A DNA stretch of 64,000 nt. Origin: Rubripirellula sp. (GTDB taxonomy: Bacteria > Planctomycetota > Planctomycetia > Pirellulales > Pirellulaceae). Position numbers and translations under genes: made by a program. Location: contig OZ244207.1 in NCBI GenBank assembly GCA_965216875.1, positions 8,128,001-8,192,000 on the forward strand, read 5' to 3'. This document shows, piece after piece, positions 33,301 through 48,300 of this stretch. Position 1 is the stretch's first letter. Every line of letters starts with the position of its first letter. Under the pieces are notes generated by a model that saw only the letters and a list, made by a program, of their open reading frames with translations, did not search any database and was not told the origin of the DNA.

Positions 33301-36300
33301 TGGATCGGAGACCACATTTCCGTTCGCATCTCTCATTGTGACAGTGAGTGCGTCGTCTCGATCCAAACAGCAATCGGTCCGCCCAAAGATTCTGATCTCT
33401 GACAAGATCGTCGGGTTGTCAAGCGTGATGGTTAGCGTCTCGCCAACGCCCGCTGCCCCGCTATGAAACACGGAACCGTTGACGTGATTGCCGTCGGTAT
33501 TACCGTCGATCGCGCGAGAGGCTGTCGCCAGCCCAAAGGGTCCGTCCCAAACCGAAGTTGCTGAGGCACTCCCGTTTAGGGCAACGTTTGAATTGGTCCC
33601 CAATTCAAACGCTTGCACCTCTGCAATGCTCAGGTGCTTATTCTGTCGCTGGCTGATCTCAATCGTCTTTACTTGTTCGCTTGTTGTTCCGGCGAAGACT
33701 GCAAAGGCATGCCGATCCAGGTCAACGCCGCCCGAGGCCAACTGGGGAATACGAAATCCCGTGACGGAGGCACCAGTAGGTTCATCCGCGACCTGCAACG
33801 TTACCGCTGGTCCCTTGAGTGTGGTTGTTGAGAATCGCAGTTTGCCACTACTTGAAGATGCAGCTAACTCACCGCCATGTATCGTCAAGAGTTGACCTTG
33901 CACGGCAGTCAGGAAATCGAAGCGTGATTCCGATTTCACCGCGATTTGAATGTTTTGGCTTACACCGTTTAACGTAATGTTAAACGCCACGGTATCTCCA
34001 GGAACTAGCTCCATACGCTCTGTGCCCGTGACTTGGGCAATCGCAGCCTCTCCGACACCAAATACGGCGCCGATTTCGTCGAGGCCGTCGCCATTGAGGT
34101 CACCAGGTACGGAAACTGACAAGCGAGACGACAACTCGCTTTCCAATGAAAGGGTTTTGCGTTGGATTGCCGAGATGTCAGTGCTATGATCCGCTCGCCG
34201 CGGCGTCGCAGTGTCGCTGAGCAGCGAGCCAGGAACGATGTATCCAAACGTTTCCGGCTCGTATATCCAGAATCCGGGCCATCCAGATGTTTGCGTCCGC
34301 GGAACCATCAGGATGTCTTGGTCCGTCAGCATGGGAAGGCCAGGGTCGACATGTTCGGCAACCAGAGTCGCTGTTGAACCGTCAAATCGCCATACCGAGA
34401 ACTCTGCGTTTTGCGAAGCGGCGGTGAAGTAAAGCTCGTCCCTAAATGCGACCAAGTTCGAAGGGTTGCCTACGAACGGGGCTTCCGAGAGCTGTTCAGA
34501 GACCGGATCAAAGCTCCACAGCGTTCGACCCTGTGTGCTGCTGACCGCAGTGAAGTACAGGACGCCATTGGCGACCGTTAGATCGCGCGGGGACGAACCG
34601 AAGTCTTCGACGGGAAAAATGTCCGCGACCAGCTGAGGGCTGGGATGGGATGGTGCGAGTCGATAGAGCTCTTTTCCAGTTTGATTGCCGTCGTCAAATC
34701 CGAAATAGACGGAACCGTCAATCGCTACTGCGTCATCGGGTACATCCGTGCTATTGGATATGAATTTCTCGACACCATTGACCCCAGCACTCGGAGTGTA
34801 GAGCCAAAACGCGGTGACGTGTTCGTTTTCAACAAGTTCCGTACCCGAGAGCAAAATGCCTTCACCAACATTCTGCATGCGAATCGCGTCCGGATTGTTG
34901 CCTAGATCGATCAGCGCCGTTGGAATGCCATCATGCTCAACATTCCCCGGGGTCAGCTGGTATTCGAGCAAGACATATGGATCGAGGCGGCCTCCATTTG
35001 CGGCGTTTCCTACAACCCGAAGGATGGTATACAGCGAATCTCCGTTCCCCGTAACGTCCAGCGGTGCACTATCAATTTGCCACGTACCGGAACCGTCCAA
35101 TAGCGAATTGAGCGAAGCCTGAAGTGCATTCGCCGTCAAGCCACGAAGCGGCCTTGCGTTCGCGCTCCCTGGGTCAACCGTCCACAACGGTTGTTCAAAC
35201 ATCACGCCATCCACTTTTGCACCAAAATACAGCGTGCCATCGAGTGACGTGAAGCCGACAAACTTGTCCACGCCATTGTTGTCATCAGCAGACTCGATCC
35301 TGATATTCGAATGGTCGCCCAACCTGTGAACGCTGCTGTCGCTAAAGTTGAAGATCTGTTCCCCCGCCTGAGCGTAGGCGCCGAGCGGATTGGTTAAGAC
35401 CGATTCTTGAAAACTCCCCAGCAGCGTTCGGTCATTCGAGGATGATGAAATCAGCAGGTCACTGTGTGGAAGACCCTCCGCACTGACATCACCGTAGTAA
35501 TTGAGCACGGATACCTGCGGGTCGGACGGGTTCAACTGCACGTCGTTCAGACGCAGCGTGCGATCGATGTTTATGCCCTCCAGGAATGATTGCCCCCATT
35601 GACGCGGCCAGTTGTCGACACCCCCGAATACGACCCGAATTTCCGTCAATGGAACTTCCACTCCATCTTGTGGCGTCGACGGCTTCATGAAGACCAAGTC
35701 AGCTAGACCATCGCCATTCAAGTCTCCGAGTCGATTCGCCGGTAGTCCAAGCGCCGCGTGCTCAATCACAATGTTCGCGTGCGCGAGAATATCATCCACC
35801 CGATCCAACGAAAGCGGACCGAACAGCAAGTAGCTGTGTGACTGTCCGCGGGCGATGAAATCGTTGTGGCCATCGCCATTGAAGTCGCCAATCGATCGCA
35901 TCGCGCCGAGTTGCTGATTCGTGTCTGACCCCTCGAGGGCAAAGACCTTCGATGCAAATGAATCATCCAGCTCAGCCTGCGTGATTGTCGACAGATTGAT
36001 CCCCTCGCGTGATGAATCCGTTGAAGGAGCAATAAATGGTGCCGCGAGGTCGAAGGTAAATGGCAGAAGAGCGGATCTGTCGCCAGGATTCGAGATCGGC
36101 GTCTTTCGGCGAACTTCGTCTTGATCGGCCCAGGCAATTGGATTGTGAAGCGTAAGCGTGTTGCTTCGATAATCCACCGCGCTGATGATTGCGGTATGTG
36201 CGGACACCTGGATGGTGTCGCCTGCGCGAAACGGTCTAGCGTTATCGACACCTATCTCTGCGCCACTACCATCACCCTTAGCGCGAACGGCGGTTTCATT

Positions 36301-39300
36301 CCCTGCGAGCGTATCGCCGCCCGCCCCGCCGTACACGAGATCGTCCTCCTGGCCACCGTTGATCAGGTCGGCGTCTGGTCCGCCGTCGATCGTGTCGGCC
36401 AGCGCCCCGCCAAAAAGAACATCTCGGCCATCGCCGCCACGAATGTCCAGTGCCGCGATCAATGCTCGCTGTTGAAAATCACCCGGGTCGATGCCCCACT
36501 CGCTGCTCTGGCCGGGGAACTTGTATTCGGAGTCGCCGCGGAAGATGTCGTCCCCAGCGCGGGTGTCGATGACGGTTCGCTCAACGTCAATGGTTGTGTA
36601 GAGCAGGTATTGCTGTTCGAAGACGTTGTCGGTGCCGGTCACGGTCAGCGGCTGCGGATCGATGCCATTGCCAAACCCAAGCTGCTCGGCTGCCTCATTG
36701 GGGGAACTGAATGTCAGCGTGTGCGATGCACCTGCGGCAATTGTCTGGAAAGTCAATCGTTGGCCATCGAAACCGGCCGAGACGGTGCCTGACAATCCCG
36801 CGTTGTCTAAGGCGGCATTCATATCGGCGACCAGATCGCGAATGTCTCGGTTGTCAAACGTGCCGCCATCGCCGCCTTTATGCCGCACGGTAACGGGGAC
36901 TTCATCGCCGCCATCGATACTCAGCAAAAACATTGCGTCATCGCCGAGGTTTGGATCACCAAGGTCCGCCGAAGCAACGAGTGTTGCGGGCACTGCATCA
37001 TCCGCGCTGATGAATCCCTGTCCGTTGATGTCCCAGACAAGATTCGTGAATTCGTAGCGGTGCAGCAAGCGGTTGTAGCGGAGGGCAGCAAAGTCCGGCA
37101 CGGGAATTCCATTGCGGTCAAAGTCGCCGCCCAGAAACAGCACGCGATCTCCTTGAATCTCGTCTTCGAATCCGCCGTCGAAGCGATCAGAGAACGAGGG
37201 GACGAAAGTCTCGTCAGGATTCTTAAGCAGCGGCAGAGCGTCGGTGATCAGTTGGAACGTGTCGTCGCCGCCTTCGCCAAACAACAGGTCGGGCGCCTGG
37301 CGGTCACGACCACCGGTAAGCACGTCGTTGTCCGGGCCGCCAAAGATCCAATCTTCACCCATTCCGCCCGAAAGAATGTCATTGCCCGCGCCTCCCAGGA
37401 TGACATCGCGTCGATTCAAGTCGACTCGTTGTGCCAGGTCCACCTCCTTGGGAGCGACGCCGTCAGTCAAGTTGAATGTGATGTCGTAAATCGTGGGTAT
37501 GCTGTCTGACTGGACACGCAAAAGAAAAGGACGTCCCACGTCAAGGGCCGCCAAGGCAACGTTGGTGACGCCGTCCAATTCGAAAACTTCGGCGATCAGG
37601 CCGTCATCAGGTGAGATGCTACTGGTGATCAAATTGTCCAGCGGTGTTGAAATCTCGAACTGGAACCAGTCAACATCATCAGGACTGTCCAGTGTCAGGC
37701 CGCTGAGTAGTCTGCTTTCGTTGGGATCAAGCGTCGGAAGCACAAAGGCCTGTGCGGGAGAATCGTTCCGCGAGCCGTATTCAGCCTGGTCGATCAGAAT
37801 TGAATTACCCCCGGTGATCTCGACACGGTCGTCACCAGCGCCTGCGTCGATCCAAACGGTTTTCTGAACGGTCGGTCCGACGGTGATCTGGTCATTTCCA
37901 TCCAGACCATCGATCAAGATAGCGAGAAAATCGTCTTCGACTGGAAGCAACCGACTCAGTTCCGGCACTGGAACAGGTCGGGGAACACCGGTCTGCCCGA
38001 CTTCCAAATGCAATTCGTCGGAGGCTACCGAATTCGCGCTTGTGACTTCAAGCGTCGACGCGCCGCCGTTCCCATTTGAATCTCTAATCCGAAGCAACGA
38101 GATCGCCCCATTGTCGATCCTTGCCTCAACTTGGTCACTGATGCCCGCTGCAGTCAACGCCGCGACAAGATCGGTTAGCAGATCGTCAACGTTTGTGTTG
38201 TCCGCTGCCTCTGCAAATGGAATCGTGACTTCGGTTTCGCTGTCATCAATCCTAAGTGAGAAGATGGCGTCCTCGCTCAGTTGCCCGGTTGCCGCCACGC
38301 TCTCAAGCCCGGTAAGGCCTATTGCGAAGGCGATGTCGGCGGAATTCCAGATTGGATTGCCATCCCTATCAATGGCATCAAAGTCTAGCTGAAGCTGAGC
38401 GGCAAAGCTGAAGTTGCCGTCGTTGTTGGTCAACCGAGTGACCAAGTGGTGATTGGTCAGTAGGCCCGGTTCGGTGACAAAGTCGACCGTGATAACGTCG
38501 TCGACGTTCGTGCCGCCGACGTACCACACTTTGTCGGTCTCTCTGGCGTACTGTTTCCACTCATCGCCAGCCAAACCACCGTCGACAGATTCAAGGTCCG
38601 TGCCGTCGGCGCGGAAAAGCGTATCGTTGCCACCGCGGCCGTACAAGAAGTCCAGTCGCGTTCCGCCAAACAGCAAATCGTCTTCGTCATTGCCGAGCAT
38701 TCGGTTCAGGCCGGTGTCTTCCAACTCAAGCGTGCCGTCGCTGTGATCGCTCCATTGGCCGGTTGTCGGGTCAAAGAAGACGCCGAATTGGGTTGGTGGA
38801 TCGTCAGCGAGATGAGGGAGCGAAGTTGCGAAAGTCCCCTGAGGATGGAAGGACCAGGCATACAGTTCATTGCGTCCCTGGCCGCCGATCAGATCGTCGT
38901 TACCGCCGCCGGCAAACAGCACGTCCAAATCTCCTGCACTTCCCAGGCCCCGACCGCTGTCACCCCAGAGCCGGTCGTCGCCTTGCAATCCGTACAGTGT
39001 GTCGCTGCCTCGCCCTCCATCAAGACGATCCCGCCCAGCCGATCCAATCAAGGTGTCATTGCCTGGGCCACCGTCCAATACGCCGATGAAATCGTTGCTG
39101 CGATCAACAAGTTCCGAGAGATCGAGCGCCTTATCGCCGCGGACAAACTCAAGAGTGTCGTTACCAAGCAGCCCCGACACGCGAAACTGTTCAACCAACG
39201 GACCCGTAGCATCCCGCCACCTGGCTTCGATCGCGCGAGTCGGCCCGTTTGTCCCTTCGGTGCCGCTTGCCCCTTCAGCGTTGGACGAGTACTCAGCCCG

Positions 39301-42300
39301 CAGTAGGTCAACCGACTGGTCGCTCTTCAGCAGCCGGATGAGATCGTGATCAGTCGTACCCTCAATTAGCATGATGTCCGTGGCGTTGTCATCGGGACCT
39401 TCGTCCAATTCATCACCATGACCGTCAAACGACTCGTTGGCAGCGGGTTCGTAACTGGGATCCACATCTAACACCATGATGTCAATTCCGGCACCACCAA
39501 TGAGCTGGTCGTTATGGTTTTGCCCTTCCAACCAATCCGAATCCGCGCCACCACGCAGCGTGTCATCGCCACCACCGCCGAACAGTTGGTCTTCACCGCT
39601 GCCTCCGCGTAAGTCGTCGGCACCGCCATCAAGGTTTGCGCGGGTGTTGCGCGCGTATCCCGGCCCAGCCAACCAATCACCGGCGAGGAAATCGTTGCCG
39701 CCGTTTCCAACGAGAATCTCGGCGCGAAGATTTCCGTACAGCCAGTCTCCACCGCTCCCACCGTGCAATTCGTCACCAATTTCGGCTTGTTCGTCTGCCA
39801 CGTCGTTCGACGGAGCGAATGCATGCAGAAAATCGATGCCGTCACCGCCCCACAACCGCTGCCCGAGCAGACTACCGTCCGCAGCGTTCCCCGCATCGCC
39901 ATACAGCATGTCACGACCAGCATCGCCATAGACTTGATCGATGCCATCGCCGCCGTGGATCTCGTCATCATTGGCTCCGCCACGAACCAAGTCATCACCA
40001 GCGCCACCATTGATGACGTCGTTCCCGACACCACCATCGACATAGTCGACTCCACTGCCGCCGTTCAATTCATCATCATCGCCGCCGCCAAACAGAAAAT
40101 CGTCATCGTTGCCACCGTCCAACTTGTCTTGACCGTCACCGATCGTTCCGTCAGATGACCGACCGCCAAAGCTCGCCGGCGTATTTGGGAAGTAGCCAAA
40201 CTGCGAATGGACGGCTTCGGCGAAGTTCGGCGGATCCACAAAGTTCGTGCGGTCATCCAGGTCAAGCTCGTCGACGGACAGCAACTGCATGCCGCCCCAC
40301 AAGATGTCGTTACCCGCGCCGCCATACAATTCGTCGTTGCCATGGCGGCCAACAAGCAGGTTATTTGAATCATTTCCTGTTAGGACATCGTTTCCGAGAC
40401 CGCCGAGCAATTGCTCAACATTTACGATGCCATGACCGTTCGATCGGATCCCGTCTTGCAGATTGACGGTGACGCCAGTCGTCCATGGCGCATAGTCGAC
40501 AACGTCTCGCCCGCCGCCGTGTCCATCCAATGTCCCGGTTAGCTGCACTCCATTCTCGAATCGAAACGCGTCGTCCTTAGCGCCTCCACTCAAGCTTTCC
40601 ATGTTCGTGAACGTGCTCAACAATCGAGTTGACGAAACCTGTCCAGCGTTATCGGCATCGAGAACGAACGTGAGCGATTCCCGTAAGCCAGTCAGGTCCA
40701 ACGTGTCCGATCCTGACCCGCCGTCGGCCAATCCGGAAATGGCCGATCCTGGCTCAAGCATAAAATGATCCGCTTCATTGCCCCCGGTCAGATTTTCGAA
40801 GCCCTCAAACCGAAACGTCGCTGGATCGTCAACATGCCCTTGGTCATCGCCGGTGAGATACCAAACGGCATCGGCGGATTCTCCGATCAAAAGGTCATCT
40901 CCGCTCGAACCACCGATAAACTGCTCAATATTTCGATAGCGGCTAACGTTCGTTCCGGCCTTGTTATCGCGATCTACCGTCACCGGATTGTCGCTTGCGT
41001 ACGCATAGTGAATCGTGTCGAAGCCGCCAAGCCCGTCAATGCTGCTTGAGACTCCGGCGTCGTTGCTCAAGACAAAGACATCGACTTGATTGCTGCCCAA
41101 CAGGTTCTCAACACCACTGAATTCGAAACCGAAGTCGTCGACGCGTCCTCGATTCAGCCCGTCGACCGACCACTGATTGGTTCCGTCACCCGACTCTTTC
41201 GACACGTGCAAGGTGTCAGAGCTGATGCCGCCGACAAAGCCTTCCACATTGCCCGCTAAAACAAGATCGCCAAACGCGTCTTGCGCTGTGACACCTGCGT
41301 TCGTAACACTGGCGTTCACGGCTTGGGTTGCCGACGCGAAATTCAGCGTGTCATGTCCCCCGTCGACTCGTTCAACAATCGTGTCGATTCCCCAATCGTC
41401 GCCAAAGACATAGGTGTCGTTTCCGATACCACCTCCGAGCGTGTCCGCGCCAGGACCGCCAATCAGCGTCGCCGGAATGGAAACAGGGACGGTCGTGTCA
41501 CTGGCCAGCAAGATCTTGTCATCGCCCTCACCACCATGGAAAAGGATTTGCTTGACGCCGCTATGCACTTCCTCGAACTCAAACGCGGTCACGCGGATGA
41601 CGCCGTCGGCAATCTCTTCGAGTAGAAAGTCCTCGGCAATGTCTTCGGATCCGCCCGCCTGACGCTGGCCTGCGAACTGCCCAGCATGAAGTACGAGGGT
41701 TCCGTCCGCGAAACCGTCTTCGCCGTCGGTTACGTGAGCCAAACCTGCGCCGCACGTATGCGAGAAGCTAAATATTTCTTCCTCGACAATCGGAACCTCT
41801 CCATCGAAGAATGGTGTCTCGTAAACCAACCGCAAAAACGCGTCGAGTCCCCCGCTGATATCAAATACACATGCCCCTTGTGATGTCGCAGGATGGGTAG
41901 GCAGATTGAAGGTGCGTTCCAATTCGTCTAGATAGACCTTGCCGTCGCCATCAGGGTCATTCCAGTTGAATCCGATATCGCCGCGAATGCCTCCCTCGAC
42001 GCCGGCCGATGCGATCAGCAGATCCAGCTCGGCACCGATAAAGGCCTCGAATCCAAATCCAAATTCATCTACATCGTCTCCCTCATCCACATCCTGGCGA
42101 TCGCCGAAATAGAAACCGTCGGCAAAGTTGTCGCTGGCGATACCCGATGTGTCGAATCCGATGGACAGGTCCAAGAATGTTTGCAGATTGATCCCAAAGG
42201 TAACGAACAGTGGGACAGCTGGTACGACAGGGCCAAACTTCTGTTCGAACGGAACTTCGAGTTCGAGTCGGGGAATATCCCACTGAACCAAGTCGGCGTC

Positions 42301-45300
42301 GACTGCTTGGCCGGTTAACAACTTGATGATCGATTGCGGATCAGAAAGGATCGGCAACTTGATGCCCAAGCCGCCGCTGAGCGCCCCATCTTTCATCTTC
42401 TGAAGCGCAGATCGTGTCTTTGATTTCTTCTCTTTGGTTGCATCATCATCGTCGGGCTTGCTGCCTAGTTGCGCGAGCACAGCATCAAAATCGACCCTGT
42501 CCTCGCTCGTTGCCGTGACTTTGGCGTTGGCATCACTCAAGTCCTGATCTTGGCCGATTGGATAGTCACCAAATTCGATTTTCAGATTGCTGTCGCCAAG
42601 GTCTTCGATGTCGGCAGAGAATTCGGTGATCTTGATCAACAGGTCCAAGACTTTCTGCGCCCTGCGCGACTGCCTAAGTGCCTTCTGGAGTTTCGCAGGA
42701 TCGGATCCCGCTGACGCCAAGATACCCAGCTGCAGGTTTGTGATTGGCGCTTCGCCAGCCAACTTCGCAATCGCTGACAAGCCAGGAACTTCTTGATTAA
42801 GAAATTCCAGGAGCGGTTTCATTGGACCGATGTATTTGTCGACGCCATCCAAGACCGGCTTGGCGACTTTGGTTAGAAACTGCCCGATGTCCAGCGTCAG
42901 ATCGTTGAACGCCACGCTCGGTTTGGAGAATTCTCCGCTTTGAAGCGTTTCACCTTCATCACCCGTGTCGCCATCATTGTTGAGGTCGAGTTCGCACGTC
43001 GGATCATTCTCATCGAACGTATTACAGAATCCCCAACCAACAACGAACCGTGTGGTAAGTTCGGGAAAGCTCGGATTGACATTCGCCGTTAGGTCCAGAT
43101 CGACGTTGGCTTGAGCTTCAATGCCGAAAGAAAGGAAGTCGCGAAAGCTCTTTCCATCGGCCCGGAATTCTGAAAACGTTAACTTGCCAGGGCTTTCGGT
43201 GTCCGCTTCCAAATCGGCAATATCGACGAACGCGGCGGCACGCACACCCGTGTTCTCTTTGGACAGCGTCAACGAATAGGTGTAGGTAACGTTCTCCTCA
43301 GCGGGAGGAAAAATGACGCGTTGGACTTCCGACGTCCATTGACTTTGATCGAATCCGTCGTTGTTACCTTCTTGAACAATGGTTGCTGTCGTCGTCGTCT
43401 CGGTGACAACATTGTTCGCGTCAGTACGAATAAAGGTCACCTCAAGCGGAGGAACATCGCCGAGGCGTTTGTTCAGAGTGATCAGGAACCCGTTGCCCGT
43501 TCCGTCATCAATCTCCTTTGTTGAGTCGACTGTATTGACTCCAAATGCATCGTCTTCTTGCAAAAGAGCAGCAAGTCCGCTGCCACCGGCATCGCTATCA
43601 ATCGATGTGTCAATCGGATAGGGGCCGGCTTTGTCTTGATGATTGGTGGCGTTCAGTTTCAAGCCAAACAAGTCGACGGTAAGCTCGGTGCCGGGCGCAA
43701 GTCGCGCATCCACCTCCAATTGAATCTCTCGGCCATCGTCGTCGACGGCCGGATCGTCGTGCAACAACTGGAAATAGAATCCATCCTCAACCGAAACACC
43801 GAATCCCAAGAACGCTTCGACGGAAACATCAACCTCGACTCCACCACTCGTCTCGATATCAAAGACAAGTGCATCCAAGCCGACGTCAAAATCAGCGGCA
43901 AGCGAGTACGTCTTGTCGATGTGTAGAAGCGCATCCAGGGACAAGGTGTTCAAGTCCAGATTCACGGGGACATCCAAGAAGCTGAGCGACTGCTTGCCAT
44001 CGACGTCCAAACTCTCCAACGGATCCAGTGAGAGAATGTTCAATCCTGCATTGCCGCTGCTGTCATGGCCGTTGCGGACGATCACTGAAGTCTCGTCGTC
44101 GTGCTGGTGCAAGAGCGGTCGCTCAAGCGATAGCGTACTTCCATCCGCAGACACGACGGTTAGCGATTCGAGTTTCTCGCCCGTGCCGATGACGATGGTC
44201 GCGCCACTTGGAATGTCGCCTTCAACGTCGATGGTTTGCACGACAGGAGTTGCTGGATCGAAAAGTAAGGTTGTGGCGAAACCATCTGTGACGGTCGAAC
44301 CTTCCGCGTAGCCGCGTGCCAACGGTTCGCTCAATCGCAATTCAAAAAGCCCATTACCCAAGTCTTCGACACCCATCACCTCGAAGAACTCTGGATCCTG
44401 ATTAATCGATATGATCGCGCCCGTATTGAAGACGTTGGTGCTGTCTGCATACGGACCAACCACAATCGTTTGCTCGGCCGGTACAGCCGCGCCATCAAGC
44501 TGTGTTCTGATCGCGTCAGCAATGCGAACGGTGGGCGCCGCATGGTCATTCGAAAGCCCGCCAGCTAGAGACAGCTTGTATCCCGATGGCGTTTGATCAA
44601 CCTTCGTCACTCGAATCGTTTCTTCGCTTTCCCCGCCCTCATCCAGAATCAGCTCGACACCAACGGATACCTCTTGATCAACCTCCAACGAATCCGGCCG
44701 TTGCTGAATGTCGTACAGCAACTCCAACGCTGACGTACCCTCGGGATCGCTGATTGTGGGCGCAAAGAAATGATCTTTGGCGAGCGGAGCCAGCAATGTC
44801 AGCACAAAGATCCCATCCTGTTCGTCAACGCCCGTGACGATGATGGACTCCTCGGTGGGATTGCCCTCATCCAGAATCAGAGACAGTTCGCCTCCGTCGG
44901 GGATGGTTACGCTTTGATTGACCTGCAAAGCCTTCGCGCCCGCTTCGACGCTGGAATAGAGCTGCAACCGCTCATCCACCGAAGTGGAAGCGGTAAAGGC
45001 GTTTTGAATGGGCAAGCTCAACGAAAGACGAAATTGGTCACCTTCATCGTCGACACCGATGACACGAACGGTTTCAGTGTCGGCCAAACGCAACGCTGTC
45101 CCGACAGAGACGTTTTGACTGACAAGGATTTCTGTTGAGCCGGCATTGACGGCTTCGAGCAGGACCAGCGGATCTTTACGCCCCACTCGAGGATTTAGCC
45201 GATGCGATGCGACAAGCGAGTTCTCAAGCGTCAGTTCGAACCGCGCCTCACCGATTTGCCTCGCAGCGACGACCAGAACATCTTCATCGTCCAATCGCAA

Positions 45301-48300
45301 TCGAGTTCCGACCGGGACTCTTTGATCAACCTCGATGGTTGGTCCAAGCTGGGAAACCACTTGAATTTCAGGAATCCCAGGGCCGAGATTGTTAAAAATC
45401 AGCTGCTGTATCTTTAGCTGCAATTCTTCCGTCGCTGCCGATCCGCTGGCAAGTAATCGATCCAATGGATCGACAAAGTCTCGACGGATATCGCCAACGA
45501 AGGTGCGGTCTCCGATACGGGCGTTTTTGTCGATCACGGGCAGTTGCCCGATCCCTTCTTTGCTTTCGATATGTTCTCCGATCTTATCGAGCATCGCGTT
45601 GAGTCCGTCGATCAGACTACGAAGATCGAATTTGAACAGGTCCTTGAGGTTTTCGGTGGTGAATGGATGTTCGATACGCAACGTCGACGGATGCGCGACA
45701 TCAACACTGACGGTCAAGGGAGGCAGAGCGGGAATCGCTGGGATTGCCAACTCTGCCGTCGCGATGGCGTTGATATCGAGGTCAAACTTGTCGACCAGTT
45801 TGGCAACGCCGTCATACTCGACACTCACTTTCCCTGTGGGTTTTGATTCGGGGAAGGTGATTTTCCAACTTGCTTCGCCATCTTCTTCGTCATAGCGAAC
45901 GAGTTCGACATCGGTGTTGCGTTCGATCCCGTCAACACGGATGGTCACACCATGATCGGCTGGAGTGGTTGTCGGGGTGTCGTCATCCGACAACCCCGCA
46001 AGCGCTGCTGGAACGTGGCTTAATTCAACTTCCTGGACGAGCGAGGAATACTCGATTTCGATTTTTCCGTTGATCTTAACGACTTGGTTGTTCGTATCCG
46101 TTTGGGTGATCTTGACACGATGTTTGCCCGCATCGGATTCGCCCTCTGGAATGATTTCAACCACGTGTTCGATTTCTTCCGCCGTTCCGTCACCATCCAA
46201 ATCGTGACGAACAACAACATCGCCCTCTGGCACTCTATCGAGGATGATCGTGCTGACACGAGCTCCACGCTTTGTTTGGGTGATATTCCCCGAGGAAGTG
46301 TCAACCACAGCCTCAATCTTTGCGATCGCGGGATATGTGACCTTGATGTCACCTGCCGGTTGACTGAATGCTGGGCCAATGAACTGGATCATCCATGGTT
46401 TTTCTGACTCATCGCTTGGAGCAATAATGTCGAAGGCGACACCTTGCTCTTGTGCGATGCCATTGATTTCAACGGCGACGCTTGATTCGTCGGTCGGAAT
46501 TCGCGAGAGCTCGAATTCTTGGACTTGAGTAGCAAACTTGATACTGACTTCGTCCTGACCGATCGGCTCCGCAAACGCAATGGTTGTTGGCTCGCTAGTT
46601 TCTCCAATCTCAACGACAAACCGCGTCGGTTCAAGCTTCGTGTTCCGTAGGAATCCGAGCTTGCGACGCTTCACAAAAACCTCGACCAAATCCGCATCCG
46701 CCGGTATTCCGGTGAGCGTGATCTCTTGATTCGATGCGTTCCCATCGATCGTGTGCCTTTCAGTCCTGACGCTGGACAATCGGTCTGTGATTTGAGTGAC
46801 TTGCTGACGCAGCTGGTTGAAGGGAATCGCAACGCCTGCGTTCAGCGGTTCCTGGCCGATTGTGTTGTTGTCTGCCGGCGTAAGATTCCGATCAATTCCA
46901 ACAGTCAGTGTGGCCGAAGCGAACGGCTCGTAAGTGACGATGACCGGATGTGCAGCAACGGGCGCCTTGTTGAACGTTATCGTTTTTCCGTTCAGCTCGT
47001 ATTCCGAACGAGGTACTTGCTCGTCGTCACGCGTAACACTAACAATCTCGGAGGGCACTTCGTCAAGGAAGAACGTCACCCGTTGGCCATCGCCAAAGAT
47101 TGTTTGCTCCGTTTCCGATGGCACGGCGTAGCGAACAAGAATCTCGTCCCCCGCGTTCGGGAAACTTTCAAGTTCCAAACACGCGGGCTCCGGACAATGA
47201 TCCAGATCGGCAGCCTCTACCTCGCCTTCAGAAGCAACCAGAATTCGATAGTCGGACTTATTCTGTTTTGATCCGTTGACGAATACCTCGGCAAAATCGG
47301 AGTCCTCCGTTTCGAAGGTCGCGGGTATGCGAGACAACGTGTACTTTTTCTTCAGCCCATCGGCTGCGAACACGTCGACTTGCTTGGGCGAAGCCGCCAA
47401 ATAGTTGACGTGGATGACGGCTTCATCAGCAGGTGCGTCACCGAAGCTGATTTTGTCACCCTCGGTAATCTTGTACGTGTTCGCGGGAACAGCCCGCCCG
47501 TCCACCGTCACGCTGACGACGCTATCAACAACAGTTGACAGGGTGAAGTCCGTGCCGCCGTTTCCGCGGAACACATCGCGTTCCGCTTGCCCAAGCCGAA
47601 CGGGTCCCTGCAATGACGCGGAAATGCCCAAAATACCAGCGGTAATCTCTAGGTCACTATCGGCGCCAAGTTGCAGTTCTAGCTCGGTTGGAAACCGATC
47701 CGTTGCGAGCACATAGGGCGTGAGGTCCGAGAAATTGAACCCGAACCCAAAACTCAAATCTGCGCCCGCGATCACCGTCACGTCACCCGCTGCGCCTACC
47801 GTGAACGGGCCGAGGTCCGGTGGCGCAAAGTCAAACGGAAGGTCTTCGGAGATGACTTTTTCAAATTGAACACCGACGAGAACAGCCGGTTGGAAACCGG
47901 GGCGTTCGTCATCGGCATCGACGTAGCTGAGCTTCAAGTCAAAAGTCGGATCGTCGTCTTCGAACCCAAGGGCTGCTTTAAACAAGCAACCAAGCTTGTC
48001 ACCAAGGTTTCCGCCCGACGTGATTAAACGGTCAAATGCGGAGTAGACGCTGACCATGCCGGCATAACCGGTCGGCAGTCCCGATTCCACAGCATATTCA
48101 ATCTGAAGGTTACCAGTCTTTTCGGCGTTGAAAGTGACTTTGACCCCTTCGGAGTCTGCTGTGACGTTCACATCGCCCGGCTCAATCGCTTCACCGTTCT
48201 GTTTCAGCTTCAGCACGGCGGAATCCAGCGTCGGGTACTGAGCTTGAATCAAACCGGTTTGTGGATCTGTGAAGCTCACTTTCTGAGTCGCAACGAAACG

